Origin: an uncultured virus (IMG/VR IMGVR_UViG_3300033148_002355)
Taxonomy: Duplodnaviria; Heunggongvirae; Uroviricota; Caudoviricetes
Virus record (IMG/VR): IMGVR_UViG_3300033148_002355
Reading direction: 5' to 3' (one strand)
DNA length: 64,000 bases
The translations under genes and the position numbers were made by a program. Positions 58,568 to 64,000 of the stretch are shown here, in pieces. Numbering within the stretch: the first letter of the stretch is position 1; the number at the start of each line of letters is the position of its first letter. The notes beneath the pieces are model-generated. The model was not told the DNA's origin. It saw nothing but the letters and a program-made list of their open reading frames with translations, and did no database searches.

Positions 58568-59614
58568 TTACTTCTTTTTACTTTTTTCTACAAACTCTTC
58601 CCTATCCTTTTTTTGTTTACAAAACTTAGCAACACTACAATAAAACTTACACTTAAACCCTACATCTATTCTAAACTCTATTTTAGGGTTAGTTAACTTA
58701 GCTTTGTTATCTTCTATATACTGTTCGGCACTTGCTTTACTGTAACATATTTTAGCAGCATTCTTCCTAGTTTCAGACATGACAGCAAAAGCATCTGGTT
58801 TAGCCCATCTTTCTGTATAAGAACATAATGGTAACTTTTTCCTTTGACTTGCTTCGTAGTGTAACTTAACACGTTGCTTAATATACTCTTCACATTCTTC
58901 CGGGGACCAAACTCTTAACTCTATAATTTTAAACACTGAGTCAGGGTATTTATTAGCTTTCTTATTAGGGTTCATAATGTAGTTCATCTTACCCCAGTTT
59001 CTGAACATAGCAAGTATTTCAATCTTCTCCACTTCACAACCAATAGCTCTTAACATGTGAGCGTATATGTTTTGTTGACGTTCCCAATCTATATGTTCGT
59101 CTTCACCATACTTATTAACATTACATACTTTATAATCTCTTAACAGTTTTTCGGGAGCATTATAATAATCTTGAGTACCACTAACTCGGTAAGTGTATTC
59201 TTTATCATCAACTTCGCTTACCTGGGTAATATCTAATGTTAAAGTTCTTTCAGAAAATATAGTCTTACCTACTTGTTCATCAGGGAATCCTTTCTTAGCT
59301 GCTAAACCTATTTGTTTTGCCAAATCGGGGAGACCCATCCTTTTCAAAGCAGCGTGAGCAAACTTTAACGTTTCATAATCTCTATGAGTATAAGTAGCAC
59401 TTTCCATCAAACTATGAAACGCTGTACCTAACATCATAAACACATGATCGTTAACATCTTCTTCCACTTCGTTAGCATCCTTTAACATACGTACTCTAGG
59501 AGACCCTATTAAAGTAGTTACTGATATATCACCTTTAGTAACGTGATCGTCGAAACAAGCAGCTTTGTATAGTTCTGCAGGTGCTCCGTATTTGTTTGTT
59601 ATTTTAACGCTCAT
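58568..59614 (-). CDS. PD-(D/E)xK Cas4-like exonuclease
   Basis: ISVTTLI, GTAFH, GTQD...RDYK, QQNIY and C-terminal CKFYCSVAKFC; ATG at 59614. Confidence 0.8.
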   Translation of the reverse strand: MSVKITNKYGAPAELYKAACFDDHVTKGDISVTTLIGSPRVRMLKDANEVEEDVNDHVFMMLGTAFHSLMESATYTHRDYETLKFAHAALKRMGLPDLAKQIGLAAKKGFPDEQVGKTIFSERTLTLDITQVSEVDDKEYTYRVSGTQDYYNAPEKLLRDYKVCNVNKYGEDEHIDWERQQNIYAHMLRAIGCEVEKIEILAMFRNWGKMNYIMNPNKKANKYPDSVFKIIELRVWSPEECEEYIKQRVKLHYEASQRKKLPLCSYTERWAKPDAFAVMSETRKNAAKICYSKASAEQYIEDNKAKLTNPKIEFRIDVGFKCKFYCSVAKFCKQKKDREEFVEKSKKK

Positions 59615-59640
59615 AGTGTTGTATTTAATACTTTTAAAAT

Positions 59641-59678
59641 AAAAACCCCTTGTCAACTTTGACATAAAACAAGGGGCT
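59641..59678 (-). terminator. Hairpin/terminator in the leader of the nuclease gene
   Basis: AAAAA-CCCCTTG...CAAGGGG; second hairpin CTCTCA-CTTAGGA-TGAGAG at ~59695-59713. Confidence 0.5.
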
Positions 59679-59759
59679 TCCCTCTTTTTAAGAACTCTCA
59701 CTTAGGATGAGAGGTAAGAACGATCTTTAATATCTTATTGTTAATAATCTAAATGTACT

Positions 59760-60272
59760 TTATACTTTCTTAAACTCCCGTTTTTTAAGATAATTTAACT
59801 TCATTAATTTATAGTCGTCAGCATCTGGAACTTCCACTCCGTATATCATTTCCACATGACTTACTATATCGTTGATAAAATCTATCAACCTCCCCTTTGT
59901 CATATCTCTTTGACTCAGTAATACAAATACATCACTACCGTCATTATCGGGGATTACATCCTTTGCAAACATCATCTTCATAGCTATCATACACTCGACC
60001 TTATCTAATACCTCTCCTTGGTCCCTTTTAACTTTCATGACAAAAGGTATCAGTACACCATTTAAGTAGTTGTACATCCTTCTTTTGCCTTCTATAGATG
60101 TAGTTTCTTCTATTGTAATAGTAAGTTCCTCCCCGCGTTTTTGAAATAGGAATGAAGTTAATGATCTTACATCTGTCAAACGTATGAGCATATCTCTTAA
60201 TGAAGAGTCTCTTTTAAATGTTACGTTGGTTATTATTTTGTCCATTTGTTTAATTCTATCGGGGTGTATCAA
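59760..60272 (-). CDS. NinB/Orf-like recombination protein (tentative)
   Basis: MYNYLNGVLIP...MKMMFA...SQRDMTKGRLIDFINDI...GVEVPD pattern. Confidence 0.5.
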   Translation of the reverse strand: MIHPDRIKQMDKIITNVTFKRDSSLRDMLIRLTDVRSLTSFLFQKRGEELTITIEETTSIEGKRRMYNYLNGVLIPFVMKVKRDQGEVLDKVECMIAMKMMFAKDVIPDNDGSDVFVLLSQRDMTKGRLIDFINDIVSHVEMIYGVEVPDADDYKLMKLNYLKKREFKKV

Positions 60273-60652
60273 AAAGGTATAATCATAAGCCTACCTCCAG
60301 CTCTTTGACACCATAAATCTAAAGCTCCACAACTAATGTTTACTATTCCTCTTTCTGCTTGTGCATAATAACTTCTATTAGTACCTACTAACAAAGCCAT
60401 TTCGGTTTGCGTTAAGTTTAAGTTGCTCCTTAAATACTTAAGCATCTTTCCTCTTGATAATCGTTGAGGTTTGTTTTCATATTCAAGTATAGCTTTCTTA
60501 TTCCTTGGTGTCTTAGGTCTTTTTTCTATTATTCTTTCTCTAGCTTCTTTTTCATCTGTTTCTGAAAAAGCAGCCCTAATATGTAAGTCTCTTTCTTCAG
60601 CTTCTGAAAGCGGTTGGTTTCCTGTTCTTGCTTTTTCTATTTTTCTTGGCAT
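60269..60652 (-). CDS. XRE-family HTH transcriptional regulator
   Basis: LKYLRSNLNLTQTEMALLVGTNRSYYAQAERG. Confidence 0.85.
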   Translation of the reverse strand: MPRKIEKARTGNQPLSEAEERDLHIRAAFSETDEKEARERIIEKRPKTPRNKKAILEYENKPQRLSRGKMLKYLRSNLNLTQTEMALLVGTNRSYYAQAERGIVNISCGALDLWCQRAGGRLMIIPF

Positions 60653-60684
60653 TGTGTTTTTATTTATTTGCGGGGAGAATTAAA

Positions 60685-61167
60685 CTACCCTTGGTTAAAA
60701 TACTTGTTTACATCATTATCTATTACTTCCTTACAACAATTAACTAAACTAACATACTGAGCAAATCGTCCATAATCTTTACCTAACACATGAACAATAC
60801 TAAACAACTCCTTACGATACTTAATAATACCTTTAGCAATTTTCCTGTACTCTCTCTCTTGCACATTACTATCAGTAACCTTTTCTTTCATCTTTACCAT
60901 CTTCTCTAATACACGATATAAGTTGTTAAGCACTTCTTTATCACTTAATAGTTTTACTTCGTCTATTCGCTTGTAAATAGAGCAAATAAATGTACTTAAA
61001 TTTCCTACTAGGTCAGTTAGTACTAAATACTTCACCTCCTGAGTTACTTGTCTTTTATTCCCTTGTATTTTGATGGTAGGATGTGTATTGTCTCTGCCAT
61101 GTATAATCAAGTAAAAGTATAACGTGTGTATGTTGTCTTTGGTTGTTTGGTGTACTGTGGTTATCAC
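60685..61167 (-). CDS. Hypothetical protein
   Basis: 160-aa ORF, GTG start. Confidence 0.6.
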   Translation of the reverse strand: MITTVHQTTKDNIHTLYFYLIIHGRDNTHPTIKIQGNKRQVTQEVKYLVLTDLVGNLSTFICSIYKRIDEVKLLSDKEVLNNLYRVLEKMVKMKEKVTDSNVQEREYRKIAKGIIKYRKELFSIVHVLGKDYGRFAQYVSLVNCCKEVIDNDVNKYFNQG

Positions 61168-61252
61168 TCTTTTTTATTTTTAAGTTGTTTCTTTAGATTT
61201 CTTATCATTAAAAAAAGTACTATTATAATCATTACTGGCGGTATGTATATCA

Positions 61253-61507
61253 TCATTTTTGATCTTTTAAAGTTTGAGCGCACCAATTAAGCGAGTGCAT
61301 TTCCGCTTCGAGTATATCTATTTTATTCTTTAACCCTACATCATGCATTACATTTCTACTTGACTCTCTCTCTTTCGTAACTGCTTTCCATGTCTTCTCA
61401 GCCTCTTTAAACTGTTTTGTATACTTCTTTATCACTTGAACTTTTAAACAAGCTAACGACTCTTTAATGTCTTCGGGTGTTATTGTTTTGTAAGTGTTTT
61501 TGGTCAT
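61253..61507 (-). CDS. Hypothetical protein
   Basis: 84-aa ORF. Confidence 0.65.
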   Translation of the reverse strand: MTKNTYKTITPEDIKESLACLKVQVIKKYTKQFKEAEKTWKAVTKERESSRNVMHDVGLKNKIDILEAEMHSLNWCAQTLKDQK

Positions 61508-61643
61508 AGTTTATATTTATTTGTGAATAGAGCAATAGCCTTTTTTTTAAGGTTTACTCTGGTTTATAATTTACTTGATATAATAATCAAAGCTATTATA
61601 CTAACAAAGATTATCCATGCTATAATAAAATCATTCTCTTTGT

Positions 61644-61838
61644 TCATACTTTTTCAATTGTTAATCCTTCGTGCTTATCTCTTAACTCTTTTACCTCTGT
61701 ACTATTATACCTTCTCGCTAGTGCGGGTCTATCTGTTAACTCTGGTGTGTTGTTAACTATGTACCATACAAATAGCCTCCCTTTTTTTAGTATATGGGAT
61801 TTCGCGTATGTTTGTCTAGGGAATTTTGATCCTTTCAT
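61644..61838 (-). CDS. Hypothetical protein
   Basis: 64-aa ORF. Confidence 0.6.
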   Translation of the reverse strand: MKGSKFPRQTYAKSHILKKGRLFVWYIVNNTPELTDRPALARRYNSTEVKELRDKHEGLTIEKV

Positions 61839-61866
61839 AATTTGCGGGGTTTTAGTTTTTAGTGGT

Positions 61867-62070
61867 TTATATTATGTTAATTTTTACTGAATAATAGCTG
61901 CCGTTATTTAAAAAATCTTTCCAATCGCTTTCAGTGTTATACTCACACTCTTCAAATTCGTCTTTACTCATTTCTGAAGTCCTAAATTTTGAAAAAATCT
62001 TACCACCTACATATTTTCTAATTGTAAATGTTCTTTTTGATTTATTTGCTGTTGCTCTTAAAGTTTTCAT
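61867..62070 (-). CDS. Hypothetical protein
   Basis: 67-aa ORF. Confidence 0.65.
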   Translation of the reverse strand: MKTLRATANKSKRTFTIRKYVGGKIFSKFRTSEMSKDEFEECEYNTESDWKDFLNNGSYYSVKINII

Positions 62071-62115
62071 TTGATTTTGTTTTAGTGGTTTTTATTTTTG
62101 CGGGGTTTATTTTTA

Positions 62116-62283
62116 TTAAATATATAATTCTTTACCTTTCAAGTCTTCAACTGTGTCTCCTTGGCTAGATCCTAAGTACGTATAGTGTTGTTCGTCTGTA
62201 CAACATTCGCAGTTAATAGGTATCCAAATTTGTAAACCTTGTTTAAAAAACTGTTGTGCTTGTGTTAATGTTATTTTTGTCAT
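62116..62283 (-). CDS. Small hypothetical protein (55 aa, MTKITLTQAQ...; not in track)
   Basis: Hand-translated ORF with an A-rich leader. Confidence 0.6.
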   Translation of the reverse strand: MTKITLTQAQQFFKQGLQIWIPINCECCTDEQHYTYLGSSQGDTVEDLKGKELYI

Positions 62284-62303
62284 TTTTTTTGTTTTTATTA
62301 GAT

Positions 62304-62364
62304 TAATAACGGAGATGTAAAACGCAACTCCTTACAGTCGCAGACGTTTACACGGTCGTTGTGC
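62304..62364. repeat. attC-like site (short)
   Basis: TAATAAC-GGAGA-TGTAAAACG ... CGTTTACA-CGGTC-GTTGTGC. Confidence 0.65.
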
Positions 62365-62586
62365 TTAATTAGGTAATAGACTAAGCATATTGTCCCAAAC
62401 GCATACACTGTCATACATTCCATTACCTGAGTACGATATTGCTCCTACATTTACAATATCAAACTTTTCACCGTTTGGAATCTCTACTGTTTCGGGTGTT
62501 ATGCTTGTTATTAATACTTTTCTATCGCTTACATTACATAAGTAAATGCAACCTTCTTTTAATTGTGATATTTTTAATGTTTCCAT
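62365..62586 (-). CDS. Hypothetical protein (cassette gene)
   Basis: 73 aa; bounded by GTTGTGCTTA (62358-62367) and TAAGCACAAC (62595-62604). Confidence 0.7.
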   Translation of the reverse strand: METLKISQLKEGCIYLCNVSDRKVLITSITPETVEIPNGEKFDIVNVGAISYSGNGMYDSVCVWDNMLSLLPN

Positions 62587-62597
62587 AATTTAACTAA

Positions 62598-62689
62598 GCA
62601 CAACACTACCTATAAAAGCATAGCGTCGGGCTACTTGGTTTAATAATTAAGCGTATTACTGGCTACGCTTTATAGCCTCAACGTTGTAG
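62598..62689. repeat. attC-like site
   Basis: GCACAAC-ACTAC-CTATAAAAGCATAGC ... GCTACGCTTTATAG-CCTCAAC-GTTGTAG. Confidence 0.8.
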
Positions 62690-62693
62690 TGCA

Positions 62694-62834
62694 TTAGATA
62701 AACTCTATGTTATCAATATGAACGTTTTCTATTTTGTTGTTATGCTCAACTTTAATCATAACAAAATCATTTACTATGATGCTACAAACTTCTGCTATGT
62801 CACATCCCCAAATTACTTTACTTCCTACTATCAT
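62694..62834 (-). CDS. Small cassette gene (46 aa, MIVGSKVIWG...; not in track)
   Basis: Hand-translated; bounded by GTTGTAGTGC (62683) and GCACTACAAC (62864-62873). Confidence 0.65.
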   Translation of the reverse strand: MIVGSKVIWGCDIAEVCSIIVNDFVMIKVEHNNKIENVHIDNIEFI

Positions 62835-62866
62835 TTTATTTTGTTTTTTAGTTATTAATTAACGCA

Positions 62867-62922
62867 CTACAACAATTTGTATAGTACATACTTCGTACAG
62901 CCCCATACAAGGGGCGTTATTT
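62867..62922. repeat. attC-like site (short, 56 bp)
   Basis: CTACAAC-AAT-TTGTAT ... ATACAA-GGGGC-GTTATTT. Confidence 0.7.
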
Positions 62923-62937
62923 TTTATTTAGCGGGGA

Positions 62938-63414
62938 TTAATATCTTACTCCTGTTTCTAAAAAATCATATTCATTAACTTCTAAACTTTCCTTAATACA
63001 TTCATCACTCATTAAGTATTCATACTCTTTTTGTAGCATATTAATATACTGTAACCCTATACTATCTTTAAACATCCTGATAGTACCTTCTTTTTGCTCT
63101 AAACCTTTCATTACTCTCTCTCTCACTTGTTTCTCAAAACATTTAGCAGTGATATACGTTTGACATTCTTTCCCGTGCTCTGTCAATATTGTATTAACAA
63201 TTTCATCAATAGGCTTATTTAGTACTATTTCAATCTCTCGCCTGTCAATGTCAAAACTTTTAATTGTTGCACCTATATTCTCCATATCATCATAGATGCA
63301 ATTCCACCACTCGCAGTATTCTACGTTAAAATATCTGTTATCTTCAATTGCTTTCTCTTGTGCTTCCTTGCTTAGTTCCTTGAACTTGTAAAGGTTTAAT
63401 TTGATTGTTTTCAT
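62938..63414 (-). CDS. Hypothetical early protein (MKTIKLNLYKFKELSKEAQEKAIE...NEYDFLETG)
   Basis: 158 aa, acidic; pattern common among small early phage proteins. Confidence 0.75.
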   Translation of the reverse strand: MKTIKLNLYKFKELSKEAQEKAIEDNRYFNVEYCEWWNCIYDDMENIGATIKSFDIDRREIEIVLNKPIDEIVNTILTEHGKECQTYITAKCFEKQVRERVMKGLEQKEGTIRMFKDSIGLQYINMLQKEYEYLMSDECIKESLEVNEYDFLETGVRY

Positions 63415-63645
63415 AGCTTCTATTGATTTTTATTTGTAGTTATGTGTATTTATTGGTTTTTAAAATTCTCCTACTGTTACATTAACTGTTATCTCTTCGC
63501 CTTCCTCCGTGCAACTAGTCCAAGTAAAAACAACTTGTTCGCTGTTCGCTCCTATTCCTTGTTTCATGTATTCAAGGTCGCTTTGTGTAAAGTTTAATTT
63601 GATTGTTTTCATAGCTTCTATTGATTTTTATTTGTGGTTATGTGT
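63394..63645. repeat. 54-bp direct repeat (63394-63447 and 63592-63645)
   Basis: GTTTAATTTGATTGTTTTCATAGCTTCTATTGATTTTTATTTGT[A/G]GTTATGTGT; one mismatch. Confidence 0.9.
63460..63612 (-). CDS. Small hypothetical protein (50 aa, MKTIKLNFTQ...; not in track)
   Basis: Hand-translated; shares its start region with the downstream gene. Confidence 0.65.
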   Translation of the reverse strand: MKTIKLNFTQSDLEYMKQGIGANSEQVVFTWTSCTEEGEEITVNVTVGEF

Positions 63646-63695
63646 GTTTGTATACTTGTATGTAAAAAAAGTGCTTAGAGTCCTTTAAAATAAGT

Positions 63696-63845
63696 TTATA
63701 GTATTTTGTTTAGTTCTTCTATTTCTTCTGCAATGTATTGTATTTTAACTATGCTATCCTTTCGGGGTGCCTGTGTTGTTTCTACATTTGCATTAATAGC
63801 GTTTAAAAGTTCTTTTACTCTCTCTCTTAACTGGTCGTTTTTCAT
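63696..63845 (-). CDS. Small hypothetical protein (49 aa, MKNDQLRERV...; not in track)
   Basis: Hand-translated ORF. Confidence 0.55.
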   Translation of the reverse strand: MKNDQLRERVKELLNAINANVETTQAPRKDSIVKIQYIAEEIEELNKIL

Positions 63846-64000
63846 TGGATTATGTTTTTAATTAATATTGTTTTAATTCGTGGGTATGCGTTTAAATCTC
63901 CTTCGCTGTACTCAATGACTTTCACCGTGTCACCGTTAACGCTTAATATTCTATACTTGTCGCCTGTGGTGGTGGTTATAATTTGCCCGTTGTTTATCAT
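63842..64000 (-). CDS. Small hypothetical protein (MINNGQIITT...; may extend beyond the window)
   Basis: Hand-translated; ATGA overlap with the next gene. Confidence 0.5.
   Translation of the reverse strand: MINNGQIITTTTGDKYRILSVNGDTVKVIEYSEGDLNAYPRIKTILIKNIIQ

Noticed and set aside
58568..59614. CRISPR-Cas system based on the Cas4-like gene
   Set aside because: No cas1/cas2 or array; stand-alone Cas4-like nucleases are common phage recombination exonucleases.
47535..61756. + strand ORFs inside the - strand replication block (e.g. 49934-50380, 54733-55077, 57096-57371, 61523-61756)
   Set aside because: They are antisense shadows of well-supported genes.

Overview
This window is a 64-kb, AT-rich segment of a tailed dsDNA phage genome that very probably infects Bacteroidota (Flavobacteriia-like host). 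The host inference rests on TAnnTTTG promoter boxes, A/T-rich translation starts without SD sequences, a Bacteroidota-type tRNA-Gln and a BT4734/VirE_N-like primase. The + strand block (1758-43943) has podovirus/crAss-like gene order: terminase, portal, scaffold-like protein, major capsid, three tail ring proteins, a large tail nozzle/stabilisation protein, three putative ejection proteins (one of 2770 aa), Cys-rich and collagen-like fibre genes, then a lysis cassette. The - strand block (44023-64000, also 1-1148) holds replication/recombination genes and many small early ORFs. These include a primase-like protein, beta clamp, DEDDh exonuclease, SNF2 helicase, SMC-like ATPase, Cas4-like nuclease, C5 methyltransferase and a Stealth-like transferase. 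The standard genetic code is used. The main discovery is a family of about 9 attC-like palindromic sites (YAAC...GTT ends) in three clusters (6-781, 55072-56135, 62304-62922). They divide the small early genes into integron-like cassettes whose two ends are mutually complementary. Some genes lie inside, or are translated through, the sites, and no integrase is seen in the window. Other signals are a structured ~430-nt non-coding leader/ncRNA (1230-1666), apparent deletions/frameshifts in consecutive tail-fibre genes, a 42-bp coding tandem repeat and an over-represented GCGGGR motif. All functional calls come from visual motif recognition and gene order; no database searches were run.
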